64,000 bases of DNA, taken from positions 6,072-70,071 of the forward strand of contig CAZMUJ010000099.1 of the NCBI GenBank assembly GCA_964569605.1. Direction: 5' to 3'. Source of the DNA: an uncultured Acidobacteriota bacterium. GTDB lineage: Bacteria > Acidobacteriota > UBA6911 > RPQK01 > CBDAPI01. Made by a program: the position numbers and the translations under genes. Shown here one piece after another: positions 28,205 to 38,436 of the stretch; positions within the stretch are counted from its first letter, which is position 1, and every line of letters begins with the position of its first letter. The notes under the pieces are model-generated. The model did no database searches and was not told the DNA's origin. It saw only the letters and a list, made by a program, of their open reading frames with translations.

Positions 28205-29683
28205 GTGAAGAAAGCTATGGTGAAATACAGAAACAATCTACAGTGTTGTAATCTTCACGAAAAGGTAGGCTCTAGGCGCGAGTTTCTCGCCAAGGCTGGT
28301 TTTGGTTTTGGTGCTTTGGCCTTGAGTTGTCTTCCCAATGAGGAACTTATTGCTTCTACTCTAAAAAATAGAGGGATCAACAATCCTCTTTCGCCCACTC
28401 CTCCCCACTTTCCAGCTAAGGCAAAGAATGTCATTTTCATGTTTATGAAGGGAGGTCCTTCACATATCGATACTTTTGACCCGAAGCCGGAGTTGAATCG
28501 GCTTGACGGGCAATTCCTGCCGCCAAGTTTTCGCCCAGAGGAATTAAACCTTCAGTTTGTCAAGGCTCATGAAGCGAAATTGATGGGGTCACCTAGGACG
28601 TTCAAAAAATATGGAAAATCTGGTATAGAGATCTCAGATCTTTTTTCTAACGTCGGTCAGTTTGCTGATGAATTAGCAGTGATTCGTTCTTGTTATCATG
28701 ATTCAATCATTCACAATCCTGCTGTCAACTTAGCTTTTTGTGGATCAGTTCGACTGGGGCATCCAACACTGGGTTCCTGGATCACTTATGGACTGGGAAC
28801 TGAGAACGAAAATCTTCCTGCCTTTATAGCCATGCAGTCAGGGAATTTCGCCTTTAGTGATAAATCCTTCCACGGCTCCGGATTCTTGCCCGCTGTTTAT
28901 CAGGCTACGCGAGCCTCTTCCCAGGGACCTCCTTTTCAAAATTTAGACCCTCAACCTCAAATAGGAGTTAACAACCAACGCAGGATGTTAGAGCAGCTCC
29001 ATTTGTGGAACCAGAAGCATCTAGAAACCCGTCGTGACGACAGTCGTCTGGCCGCTCGTATCTCTAATTACCAACTTGCCTTCCGTATGCAGGTAGAAGC
29101 CCCTGAACTTACAGACCTTACACGTGAGCCCAAATCTATCCAGAGTCTTTACGGTATGGATGACGAAAAAAGTAGTGAGTTTGGTCGAATGTGTCTATTG
29201 GCTCGGCGAATGGTGGAAAGAGGAGTTCGTTTTGTACAGCTTTCCCAGGGAAATTGGGATGGTCATTCGAATTGCGATAAGAATCACGTCGATAATGCTG
29301 GTAAGACAGATAAACCGATTGCCGGATTATTAAAGGATCTGAAACAACGAGGCTTGTTGGACACTACTCTGGTGATATGGATCGGTGAGTTTGGTCGTAC
29401 AGCTGTGGCTCAGGGGGACGGTGGAAGGGATCACAACCCACATGGATTTAGCTGCTGGATGGCAGGAGGAGGCATTCGGGGTGGAAAGGTTATCGGAGCA
29501 ACCGATCCACTCGGCTGCCGAGCAATTGAAGATAAAGTACACGTGCATGATGTACACGCCACTATTTTGTCATTACTGGGACTCGATCATACGAAATTAA
29601 CGTATCTGACCCAGGGCCGCGATATGCGTTTGACGGACGTTGGAGGCCAGAACGACTTATCAGAAAGACTTACTAAAGCATAA
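28205..29683 (+). CDS. DUF1501 family protein (Tat-like leader)
   Basis: SRREFL leader; AKNVIFMFMKGGPSHIDTFDPKP, RRMVERGVRFVQL, WIGEFGRT, GRDHNP, VHVHDVHATIL, RLTDVGG. Confidence 0.92.
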   Translation: MKKAMVKYRNNLQCCNLHEKVGSRREFLAKAGFGFGALALSCLPNEELIASTLKNRGINNPLSPTPPHFPAKAKNVIFMFMKGGPSHIDTFDPKPELNRLDGQFLPPSFRPEELNLQFVKAHEAKLMGSPRTFKKYGKSGIEISDLFSNVGQFADELAVIRSCYHDSIIHNPAVNLAFCGSVRLGHPTLGSWITYGLGTENENLPAFIAMQSGNFAFSDKSFHGSGFLPAVYQATRASSQGPPFQNLDPQPQIGVNNQRRMLEQLHLWNQKHLETRRDDSRLAARISNYQLAFRMQVEAPELTDLTREPKSIQSLYGMDDEKSSEFGRMCLLARRMVERGVRFVQLSQGNWDGHSNCDKNHVDNAGKTDKPIAGLLKDLKQRGLLDTTLVIWIGEFGRTAVAQGDGGRDHNPHGFSCWMAGGGIRGGKVIGATDPLGCRAIEDKVHVHDVHATILSLLGLDHTKLTYLTQGRDMRLTDVGGQNDLSERLTKA

Positions 29684-29715
29684 AACTTTTACCCATGATG
29701 GCAGTTTAACTAGTT

Positions 29716-30252
29716 TTGAGAAAAGACAAAGAAGGAATCGCAATATTTATGAGAGGCTTAGTTCTCTTTCTTTTGCTATTGGTATCGATTATCCCGACGT
29801 TAGGCCAGGATACCGTTTCCTATATTTGCAACATTAACCTTCCTATTGATCTATACACCGGAGACGGGATGATTCTCGAAAAGGGACGCCACAACCTAGA
29901 ACTGCATATTGGGGAACAACAGCAATCGCTTAGCTTTTTAAAGCATGATCAAACAATAGCCACTGTCAAAGGAAATCCTTATCTCCAAAGGGAACGAGAT
30001 AGAGGATCAATTCCTTTGGTAGGAACGCTTTTGCTCCGTTCCACATTAGCTAAGATTGGCACGGATGAGGAACGACATTATAGTAAGACAGGTGGAGCCC
30101 AATACGAATACGAACACCACAATTGGGATGCCACTCTTAGAGTTTATCGATCAGTCAATTCAGAAACCAAAGAAGTTCGTTTTGTGTTCCACAACATCGG
30201 CGAAAGTGGGTATCGAACCCAAGTCGATTTTCTGCTTTTCTTGAACAACTAA
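29716..30252 (+). CDS. Hypothetical exported protein
   Basis: 178-aa ORF with hydrophobic leader (LVLFLLLLVSIIPTLG), following DUF1501 in the same orientation; no family recognised. Confidence 0.6.
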   Translation: MRKDKEGIAIFMRGLVLFLLLLVSIIPTLGQDTVSYICNINLPIDLYTGDGMILEKGRHNLELHIGEQQQSLSFLKHDQTIATVKGNPYLQRERDRGSIPLVGTLLLRSTLAKIGTDEERHYSKTGGAQYEYEHHNWDATLRVYRSVNSETKEVRFVFHNIGESGYRTQVDFLLFLNN

Positions 30253-30429
30253 ATTCAGAATTATTTTGGCAAGATTTTGTGTCGGGAGTTGTGATTTGGG
30301 ATTGGTCTGTACGGTCATTGTCTTGGTTAAGGCAGTTACACTTATCTTCAGTAGCAGGAATTCCCCATAATCAAAAAGGGTACATCTTTCTATGGCTCGA
30401 CTGTTCTTGGCGGAGCCTTTAGTCGATCA

Positions 30430-31923
30430 TTAGGCAGCCGGTGTCTTCTCTTGGAAAAGAAATCGAAGAGGAATGACAAGCAGGATACAGGCAACAAGAG
30501 GGATGATAACGGTCAAACAAGCTGTTATCTGACCATAATCCCAAAGGGCTTTCACCCCCGCAAAAAGGAAAACTAAACAAACAAAAATATTCACAGAAGC
30601 CAACCAGCGGGGCATACGCAATACTAAAGGAAGAAAGCGCCAGTCAGCCCAAGGATTTGCCAGGGTATAGAAGCTCGTGAGCAAAAATCCAGTGAAAATT
30701 GCCACTGGAGTATAGATGTCAATAGGATCGAGACCTGGATACATCCTTGTTAACCAGAGAACAATGAGTCCTCCACCAAGAACCCAACCCTGGACTGCAA
30801 TCTTAAGTTTCCGTTCTGGAACGCGATTACGCAAGCCTGGAACAGCGTGAAAAATCTCATAAATCGGGCGGTAATTAGCTTCAGGTCCGGCATAGATAGT
30901 CCCAAAAAATGCCAATAAAATACCTACTTGATAAAGTGGCAAAAGCCAGGGGGCCAATGCGGTCAGAAAGGAAGCCTGGTAGTTCAGTAGGTTGACTCCC
31001 TCCGGAACTAGGTGTTGAGGTCTCAGGACAATGGCCCCAAGAATACAAAAGGCACAGGAGAGAACAACCACTGTGATAAAGCTAACGATGCTGTCGATTA
31101 AGGGGGCACGTAACCACTGCCGACGGACATGATTGTCCGAATTAGCCATGATCTCGAGTTGTTCGTAGCTGGCTGGACCTAAGTGGGTTCGTCCCCACTT
31201 TTTTTCTCGTAAGTACGATGTATAAGACAAATAATCGGGTGCCGTTCCCCCAATTACTGACACATAAACAAGGACCTCAACCCAGACGGACCGTGACCTC
31301 ATTTCGGGAAGTGTCGTGAATAGCCAATCAGCATAGGAAAGTGGTTGGGGAACAAGACCTCTGAGTATTTCCGTCCAGTCAGGTTGAAGATAGAAGACCG
31401 CAATCAATATGGTTCCCACCATCACTCCTAGAATGCCAATTTGAGCTTTTTCAAGAAATTCATAGCCTCCAAAGACAAGGAGGCCTGCTGCAATCACGGC
31501 GCTTAGTGAAGCCCAAAAGTAATAGTTACCTATGCCAAAGACCCAGGTACAGGCTGTTCCGAGAATTCCAAGGAGAAAAGCAAAGGTAAGCGGGATTGTA
31601 AACACCAGGCATAATAATAGAAACAGATGTAGCCAGCCTCGGGGCCCAGGGATGAAAATCCATCTCTCCAAGGGGTGTGCTCCGCTTAATACCATGTGAC
31701 GCATACTGGAATAGGCTAGTGCCCATTTAAAAAATCCAACTATGAGAAATATCCACAGTAGACGGTATCCGAAAATCGAGCCTCCTCTTGATGGAAAGAG
31801 CAGCTCGCCGCTACCGATGGTTGCGGAAGCGACTATGGCTCCAGGGCCAAAGAAGCGCAACCACTGAAGCGGATTCCGGGAAATTAAAGCACGAGGGGGA
31901 GGAGGTAAGATGTTACTATTCAT
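30430..31923 (-). CDS. NRAMP/APC-superfamily-like transporter
   Basis: GPGAIVASATIGSGELL TM1 motif and roughly 11-12 hydrophobic segments. Confidence 0.75.
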   Translation of the reverse strand: MNSNILPPPPRALISRNPLQWLRFFGPGAIVASATIGSGELLFPSRGGSIFGYRLLWIFLIVGFFKWALAYSSMRHMVLSGAHPLERWIFIPGPRGWLHLFLLLCLVFTIPLTFAFLLGILGTACTWVFGIGNYYFWASLSAVIAAGLLVFGGYEFLEKAQIGILGVMVGTILIAVFYLQPDWTEILRGLVPQPLSYADWLFTTLPEMRSRSVWVEVLVYVSVIGGTAPDYLSYTSYLREKKWGRTHLGPASYEQLEIMANSDNHVRRQWLRAPLIDSIVSFITVVVLSCAFCILGAIVLRPQHLVPEGVNLLNYQASFLTALAPWLLPLYQVGILLAFFGTIYAGPEANYRPIYEIFHAVPGLRNRVPERKLKIAVQGWVLGGGLIVLWLTRMYPGLDPIDIYTPVAIFTGFLLTSFYTLANPWADWRFLPLVLRMPRWLASVNIFVCLVFLFAGVKALWDYGQITACLTVIIPLVACILLVIPLRFLFQEKTPAA

Positions 31924-31929
31924 TTGTTT

Positions 31930-32721
31930 TTAGGAAGTTGTATCCATCTTTTGAAAATGTTCTCTTAGCCGTGTAGAGACTGAAAGAATTCCCCCCATCA
32001 AGACTGCCCAGTCAACTCCAGCCAGAATCCATTGCATCCCCTTGTCAACCCAATCTATCAGCAAGTCTGGATTGTCGGCAAGGCCTATGCTAACAAAGAC
32101 TCCAGCCTTATGGCACTTCGCTACAGTTGTCTCAATAGCTGAGACAACATCGGGGTGATTGGTTTGCCCCATAAGCCCCATGGAACCCGATAAATCGTTG
32201 GGACCCACTAATACAGCTGTTACCCCCGGAACCGCTAAAATTTCATCCAGGTTGTTCACTGCATCAATATGTTCTATCTGGACAATGACGATGATCTTTT
32301 TGTTCGCAACCTGACAATAATCACGATCCTTCACAAGTCCATACTTAAGAGGACGTCTTGGGCCAAAACCACGGATTCCATCCGGTGGATACAAGCAAGC
32401 TTGTACAGCCAGACGAGCATCGTCAGCAGTTCGAATCAAAGGCACACAAATACCATCGGCCCCAATATCCAAGACTGGTTTGATCAAGACAGGATCATTC
32501 CAGGGAACCCGAACCAGAGCTGCCGCGTCACTTCCTCTGGTTGCCATAATGTGGGCTTGGACTGTTTCCAGTGAGAGGGCATTGTGCTCCATGTCAATAA
32601 ACAAAAAATCAAGGACATTGGACATCGCCTCAGCTATAGCGGGGTCGCTAAAAGAAATACCGCAACCTATAGGAAGCTGTTCTTCTTGCCATTTTCTTCG
32701 TAACTTGTCAGCATTTTCCAT
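31930..32721 (-). CDS. HpcH/HpaI-family class II aldolase
   Basis: FIDMEH, VRVPWNDP..IKPVLD.GA, YPPDGIRG, VQIE, VGPNDLS. Confidence 0.9.
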   Translation of the reverse strand: MENADKLRRKWQEEQLPIGCGISFSDPAIAEAMSNVLDFLFIDMEHNALSLETVQAHIMATRGSDAAALVRVPWNDPVLIKPVLDIGADGICVPLIRTADDARLAVQACLYPPDGIRGFGPRRPLKYGLVKDRDYCQVANKKIIVIVQIEHIDAVNNLDEILAVPGVTAVLVGPNDLSGSMGLMGQTNHPDVVSAIETTVAKCHKAGVFVSIGLADNPDLLIDWVDKGMQWILAGVDWAVLMGGILSVSTRLREHFQKMDTTS

Positions 32722-32838
32722 CTTTTTTCCTTTCTAAAATTAATATTCCTAACCAGGTAAAAGTTTAATGGGGTTCTTTATAGGATCAAAAGGAATGAAA
32801 TTCCTCAGAGAGTTTAGTTAATTGTTGGATAACAGGAA

Positions 32839-33669
32839 CTAGAGTTCGAGTTTTCCGTGGTAAACCATATCCTTTAATTTAAATTTTTTCTTCAGATTTT
32901 TCCCGGCTACTTTGGTCACAAACTCAACCTCCCTCTCCTCGAGTGTAATAGGTTGCGTGCGTGGAAAGAGTATCAAAAGCTCTATCTGTTGCGGAAGCAA
33001 GGATGGAGCTACATCAACCTCATCTAAGTGTGGAGCTCTACGCATCTGAATCTCAACCGTTTGGATCGGAGAGCGACCTGGTATGTTAAGGAAAGAATGT
33101 GAACTCAAGCGCTCATTAAGGGCTGCCCAGGGATCTAAATTGGCTTCGGACTTAGAAATGTCGGGCTCATCAATAAAGAAAAGGCCAATTAATCCAGAGA
33201 GACCGATCATGTAATGGGTTTCCTCAATCAGCAACTCCTTGTCTGCGTGTGCCTCACTTCCATAGCGGTGTGTCGCAAAGGCATGTTTGATCGGTAAAGA
33301 GCTGCACCAGCGCACCGTAACACTTAGGCCTGAGGGTGAGCCCCTGCGGGATGGTGGAGCACCAGAGTGGCTTCTAGGATCTCCCCCTCCTCCTGGGTTC
33401 CCAAAGGCGACACCCCTTTCAGCAGTACTTCCACGGCTACTTGCAGAAACACCAGACATGCCACGGCTATTAGCTAAAACAAAAGCCTGTAGATTCTGGT
33501 TAAGACGGACGGGGATAGCACGAGCCCAGGGAGATTTTTTTAGCATCTTTTGGGTCTCTTTTTTGTTCCAGTCGGGGAATTCTTTCTTTTCCCAAAACTT
33601 CTGTGCTCCAAGAGCTACTTCTACAAGTATTATTGCAATTGAAACTAAAGGTATAAGTTTTTGTTTCAT
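32839..33669 (-). CDS. Conserved exported hypothetical protein (Acidobacteria-type)
   Basis: Signal peptide, then FWEKK..W..E..ML..SPWA, a Gly/Ser-rich linker, VRW.S.LPIK and a C-terminal FKLKDMVYHGKLEL. I recall this architecture from Acidobacteria proteins; not checked. Confidence 0.7.
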   Translation of the reverse strand: MKQKLIPLVSIAIILVEVALGAQKFWEKKEFPDWNKKETQKMLKKSPWARAIPVRLNQNLQAFVLANSRGMSGVSASSRGSTAERGVAFGNPGGGGDPRSHSGAPPSRRGSPSGLSVTVRWCSSLPIKHAFATHRYGSEAHADKELLIEETHYMIGLSGLIGLFFIDEPDISKSEANLDPWAALNERLSSHSFLNIPGRSPIQTVEIQMRRAPHLDEVDVAPSLLPQQIELLILFPRTQPITLEEREVEFVTKVAGKNLKKKFKLKDMVYHGKLEL

Positions 33670-33741
33670 ATGATCCTCTATTTAAGCTTTGCACAGATTC
33701 TGTTAAGAATTGTACCTAATAAATGTCTTGAGGGTCCAAGA

Positions 33742-34788
33742 ATGTACAAAGATGCTTATGAACTCAAAAAACTGGTTTCCAAAATATTAATGGCTGCAAA
33801 TGCCAATCAGGTAAACGCCAAGGTGGTAGCTGAACATTTAGTTTCAGCTAATCTCAGTGGGGTAGACACACATGGGGTCTGGCAGTTGCCAGGTTATATT
33901 TCTGCCATCCAGGCTGGAGAACTGGTTCCTGCCGCGCAGCCCGAAATTCTACAAGAAACAGCTACCAGTGCATTAGTAACTGGAAACTGGACCTTCGGGC
34001 AAGTAGCGGCAAAGTTCGCAATGGAAAAGGCTATTGCCAAAGTCGCCAAGTACGACCTGGCTTTAGTTGGAATCGTAGAGAGTCACCACATTGGTCGTCT
34101 TGGTGAATACGCAGAAATGGCAGCCTCTAAAAAGATGATCTCTATGATCTCAGCAGGTGGTTTTTCTGAAAACAGGCCAGTAGTTGTCCCGCATGGAGGT
34201 CGGAAGGCGATTCTGGGAACCAATCCTATAGCAATGGGTTTTCCTGCCGGAAACGAGCCTCGCATGCTGTTCGATTTTGCAACTGCTGCATCGTCGGGCG
34301 TGAAGATCGTCAATGCTCAGCGCTCAAAGAAAAAAATACCTGAAGGCTGGATCGTTGATAAAGAAGGTAATCCCTCCCAAAATGCAGATGATGTTTTAGA
34401 GGGAGGTGGTCAGCTACCCTTTGGAGAGCATAAAGGTTATTCACTATTGATGGCGACTGAATGGCTAAGTCGAGTTTTTACAGGGTCATCCCGGTTTTCC
34501 CAGGACAACCGTGGAGGCCTCTACTTTAGTCATTCGGGTACAACTATGATTGTTTTTAGAGCAGATCTTTTCCAATCATTTCCCGATTACGCTGATCGGG
34601 CGGACCGCCTGAAACAGCGTGTGAAGTCTGTGCCTCCAGCACCGGGATTTGAAGAGGTTCTTATTCCTGGAGATCCGGAGTTGCGGACACGTGCTTCCAG
34701 GTTGCAGGATGGAATTCCTATTCCTGCAAAACTTTGGAAAGAGTTGGAAACCCTAGCAAGATCACTGGGGATTACAATCTCTGAATAA
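33742..34788 (+). CDS. Ldh_2 family oxidoreductase (malate/L-lactate/sulfolactate/ureidoglycolate dehydrogenase type 2)
   Basis: GVDTHGV, HHIGRLGEY, GTNPIA, DFAT, HKGYSL, LIPGDPE. ATG 33742 is preferred over the track start 33661, which overlaps the divergent gene. Confidence 0.9.
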   Translation: MYKDAYELKKLVSKILMAANANQVNAKVVAEHLVSANLSGVDTHGVWQLPGYISAIQAGELVPAAQPEILQETATSALVTGNWTFGQVAAKFAMEKAIAKVAKYDLALVGIVESHHIGRLGEYAEMAASKKMISMISAGGFSENRPVVVPHGGRKAILGTNPIAMGFPAGNEPRMLFDFATAASSGVKIVNAQRSKKKIPEGWIVDKEGNPSQNADDVLEGGGQLPFGEHKGYSLLMATEWLSRVFTGSSRFSQDNRGGLYFSHSGTTMIVFRADLFQSFPDYADRADRLKQRVKSVPPAPGFEEVLIPGDPELRTRASRLQDGIPIPAKLWKELETLARSLGITISE

Positions 34789-34842
34789 CTGCCTAGATAA
34801 CTTTATGAACCTGGAAACAAGATAGTATATGATCTGTAAACA

Positions 34843-36531
34843 ATGAAAAGGATTGCCAGAAAAAACGCAAACTCCGTACTGGCTCTTACATTGCTCCTGC
34901 TAACCATATCTGGGCCTTCAAATGGGGCACTTTCCGTCACTCCCTCTGAGGTCCAGTTTGTAGATCACTCTCTGCTAGTGGCTCCTGAATTTCCGTGTAC
35001 TTGGCCTAATATATTTCCACTTTTCCACATCAACCACTACCTCCGGATTGGTCCGCTGAGTCCTTACAATAGCGACATTATTACGCTAGATGAAAATACT
35101 GGGTCCCAATTCGATTCTCCGGCGCATGGTCCGGTTCCTGGTCAGACAGCTATGATCACGCCAGAAAAAGTTCCCATCTGGCAATTTACAGGAGAGGCCT
35201 GTGTGATTGACGTCCGTCATCTTCTGGATGATTCAGCTCTGGGTCAGAGTCCGCTCATTAAAAAAGAACATATTGTGTCTTGGGAACAGAAGAACCGCTC
35301 ACTCGGAGCTGGAGACGTTGTCCTTTTTCACAGTGGCTACAGTGATCGCTACTATCAGCCACTACCGGCAGGACGACGTTTTATTGCTAAGCCTGTAGAA
35401 GGAAAATCACAGGCCTGGCCCGCCCCAGACCCTGAAGCCATGGATTATCTTGGAAGTCTAGGTGTAATGACTGCTGGTACAGATGGTGTAAGCATGGGAC
35501 CAATAGGGCCTCTGGTGTTGGAAACCCATGCCGCTGGCCTGAAATATGGAATGATCTGGGCAGAAGGTGTTACTAACTTAGGAAATATTCCGACTGTGGG
35601 GGCATTTTACTCCCAGTTGCCTCCCAAGCATGGAGGCGGTATTGGTGCCGAAATCCGTGCCTTTACTGTGGTTGGGTCTCCACTTGCTAAATGGCTTGTT
35701 AATGCAGCTCGTGGTAAAAGAGTTCTCGATTTATCTGTGCAACTGTCGGAAAATCTACCGGTTTGGTGGCCTGGCCCAGGTGTTGGGAATTCTCGCTATC
35801 CCTATTATCAGCATGTTCTCCCACTTCCTTTTACCCCCCCACAGCATCAGCGTGCCTTTGACAGTCATGTTGGAACTCATCTGGTTCCCCCGAGCTATGC
35901 GTTACCCAGAGAAGGGTTTGATAACAGCGATTATGCATTGGAGATACAGGAATGGTTGGAGCAGTACGAGGAGATATATGGTAGTCGGGGTATCAGCGAT
36001 GTGACTACGGAACAGGTTCCACTTTCCCAGACTAGTGGTTGGGCTCGGGTCATTGACGTTAAACCTTTGATCGGCTCAACAAATAAGTTGAGTTGGCCTG
36101 CATCTCCAGTGATTAGCCCAGAATATATAAAAAAACATGAAAAGGAACATGGTGAACTTAAACCAGGCACTGTGGTTATTTTTAACAGTGGATATAGTGA
36201 TATTTATTTGAAGCCTTTTCCTCAGGATCGGGCTTGTCTTGTAGAGCCTATCAACGGAGAAAGGGAAGGATGGCCGGCACCAGGACCGGATGCCATTAAA
36301 TACCTGGCAAACAAGGGAATTCAGTGTGTTGCAACTGATGGGCCCACGCTAGGGGGTGTCGATCCCAAAAACGCACTAATGACCTACTGGATGTTGGGCA
36401 GTCGTGGGATGGTAGGGGTAGAGTACCTGACTAATGTCGGAACTTTACCTTCCAAGGCATATTTTCTTTTTGCTGCTCCTAGGATTCGCGATAGCCATGG
36501 TGGAACGGGTAGAGCCATTGCCTTGTATTAA
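34843..36531 (+). CDS. Exported two-domain cyclase/kynurenine-formamidase-family hydrolase with degenerate metal motifs
   Basis: Signal peptide; two cyclase-like repeats (ENTGSQFDSPAH...GDVVLFHSG...GTDG...E.VTNL and SHVGTHLVPPSY...GTVVIFNSG...ATDG...E.LTNV...GGTGRAIAL). Confidence 0.8.
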   Translation: MKRIARKNANSVLALTLLLLTISGPSNGALSVTPSEVQFVDHSLLVAPEFPCTWPNIFPLFHINHYLRIGPLSPYNSDIITLDENTGSQFDSPAHGPVPGQTAMITPEKVPIWQFTGEACVIDVRHLLDDSALGQSPLIKKEHIVSWEQKNRSLGAGDVVLFHSGYSDRYYQPLPAGRRFIAKPVEGKSQAWPAPDPEAMDYLGSLGVMTAGTDGVSMGPIGPLVLETHAAGLKYGMIWAEGVTNLGNIPTVGAFYSQLPPKHGGGIGAEIRAFTVVGSPLAKWLVNAARGKRVLDLSVQLSENLPVWWPGPGVGNSRYPYYQHVLPLPFTPPQHQRAFDSHVGTHLVPPSYALPREGFDNSDYALEIQEWLEQYEEIYGSRGISDVTTEQVPLSQTSGWARVIDVKPLIGSTNKLSWPASPVISPEYIKKHEKEHGELKPGTVVIFNSGYSDIYLKPFPQDRACLVEPINGEREGWPAPGPDAIKYLANKGIQCVATDGPTLGGVDPKNALMTYWMLGSRGMVGVEYLTNVGTLPSKAYFLFAAPRIRDSHGGTGRAIALY

Positions 36532-36852
36532 CTAACTAATTTTTCTAAGCTGCTCTAGGTTAGGAGGAGAAATTACTTGGTGAGCTCACGTGTTCCAAAA
36601 TTATTTTTTTGTTGGCGATAGTGTTGGAACAAGTTTCCTTTAGTAGACGAATCGCTAAATTAAATACTAACTCAATATGATTCTGATAGAGTAGTGTCTT
36701 CTTTACTGATTTCCTATGGTTAACATTAAGAAACTCATTTAGGGAGCCTTGAACAGAATCGGTCTTTTTTGAGACCGAAAAGAAAGTCTTTTGTCCTATC
36801 TGAGCTAGGATGGGTTTAAACTTGTTTTTCCCTCCATTAAAATCAAAGTTGC

Positions 36853-38436
36853 ATGAGACGATTTTTTAGTTACACCTGGTTATTACCACTGGTTTTGTTT
36901 CAAGCATGCAGTCCTACGGTCAAGGTCCCGTCAAAGAAGGCAATTACCAACCAAGATCTCCCTCTACCGTCGGTTACCATAAGCCTTAGTTCAAAGTTGT
37001 TAAATCTTGATCCTGTAAAACCGGCTCCACAGTCTGACATTATAACTATCTATTTAACTGCAGGCCGTCTTTTTAAATTAAACCGGGATTGGTCTGTGGA
37101 GCCTGAGCTCGCCGAATCCATGAAGGTGTCCGAAGATGGTTTAGAGGCTAAAGTTATACTTAAGGAGGACATTGTATATTCAGATGGGACAAAGCTTACG
37201 AGCCAGGACGTAGTATTTGCTTATACAAGAAATCGAGATTTTCCAGGCCCGTTTTTTCCTACATTACTGTTGCCCATTGATAGCGTTGAGGCTGCTGATC
37301 ATCGCACTGTTATTTTTCGTTTAAAGCAACCCTATATTGACCTGCGTTTGGCACTAGCCCATATGGCCATGGTGATTCACCCCCAGTCGAAAATTGAAAA
37401 TGACCCTGATTATTTTCTGCACCCCGTCAGTGCAGGACCTTATGTTCTAAAAAAATGGATTCCCGGTGCCTCGACCTGGACTATTGAAGCCAATCCGCAT
37501 TATGTACGAGGTGCTATGGCGATTAACCAAATTGAGCTAGTATCGGTGCCCGATCCAACTTCGCGAGTGTTGCAATTGGTTTCAGGTTCCATCGATTATG
37601 TCTATGAACTTCCCGTATCAGCTCAAGCCTTAATGCCTGAAGAGGTAACAACACATAAGGTGCCTCTTAATGGACAATACTTCTTCGGTGTCAATCACGG
37701 GTTACCATCTAATCATCCTTTGCGAAATGCAAAAGTCCGGCAGGCATTCTCGCTGGCGATAAACCGGGAGGAGATCAACCAGAAAGCTTTTGGTGGAATT
37801 TCAACTCCTGCTAAAGGGTTTCAATATCCTGGACCGAAAGAAGGTCTGGACAACCTTCCCTTTAAGGGCAGAAGAAACCTCGAGGCTGCTCGAGAACTGT
37901 TGGCTCAGACGCCTTTTGCCAAGGGATTTAGAACAATTCTTCATAGTTATGGACAGCGACCTGGATGGACAGATGCGGCCCTTGTCATTGCTTCTAACCT
38001 AAAAGACTTGGGAATCGAAGTTCAAGTTAGTCCCGTTGAGGACTCTGTGGCAACTTCCGATGCTCGTGCGGGACGCTTCGAAATGATTTTTTCTGGAAAT
38101 AGTTCAGGGCCAATAAATTTTTTTAGAAATATGTGGATTCCTGGTACGTTTTGGGCTGAGGTTCTTCGCTATAATAGTCCAGAGGTGATATCTCTGGTCA
38201 ATGCTGCTTCTAAGTCAAAAAACTTCGATCAGAGAATTGAGCTAATCCATGCAGCTCAGGATTTAGCACTTGAGGAAATGCCCATCATTCCAGTGTCGGA
38301 GCGGGTACTGTTAGTGGGAAGTCGAATTCGTCGGGACATTTTATTTGAAGAAAATCTCCCCCCGGGTACCAACCCTATGGTAGCAACAATATCTGAATTG
38401 CAGGGAGTCGACAGCGGATCGGCTGTTCGTGAATAA
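36853..38436 (+). CDS. ABC transporter substrate-binding lipoprotein (SBP family 5, peptide/nickel/opine)
   Basis: Lipobox FQA-C; VEPELAES, YSDGTKLTSQDV, SAGPYVL, VRQAFSLAINRE. Confidence 0.9.
   Translation: MRRFFSYTWLLPLVLFQACSPTVKVPSKKAITNQDLPLPSVTISLSSKLLNLDPVKPAPQSDIITIYLTAGRLFKLNRDWSVEPELAESMKVSEDGLEAKVILKEDIVYSDGTKLTSQDVVFAYTRNRDFPGPFFPTLLLPIDSVEAADHRTVIFRLKQPYIDLRLALAHMAMVIHPQSKIENDPDYFLHPVSAGPYVLKKWIPGASTWTIEANPHYVRGAMAINQIELVSVPDPTSRVLQLVSGSIDYVYELPVSAQALMPEEVTTHKVPLNGQYFFGVNHGLPSNHPLRNAKVRQAFSLAINREEINQKAFGGISTPAKGFQYPGPKEGLDNLPFKGRRNLEAARELLAQTPFAKGFRTILHSYGQRPGWTDAALVIASNLKDLGIEVQVSPVEDSVATSDARAGRFEMIFSGNSSGPINFFRNMWIPGTFWAEVLRYNSPEVISLVNAASKSKNFDQRIELIHAAQDLALEEMPIIPVSERVLLVGSRIRRDILFEENLPPGTNPMVATISELQGVDSGSAVRE

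Noticed and set aside
33661-33741. Track N-terminus of the Ldh_2 gene (MFHMILYLSF...) as a signal peptide
   Set aside because: It overlaps the start of the divergent gene, and Ldh_2 enzymes are cytoplasmic; ATG 33742 fits the family length.
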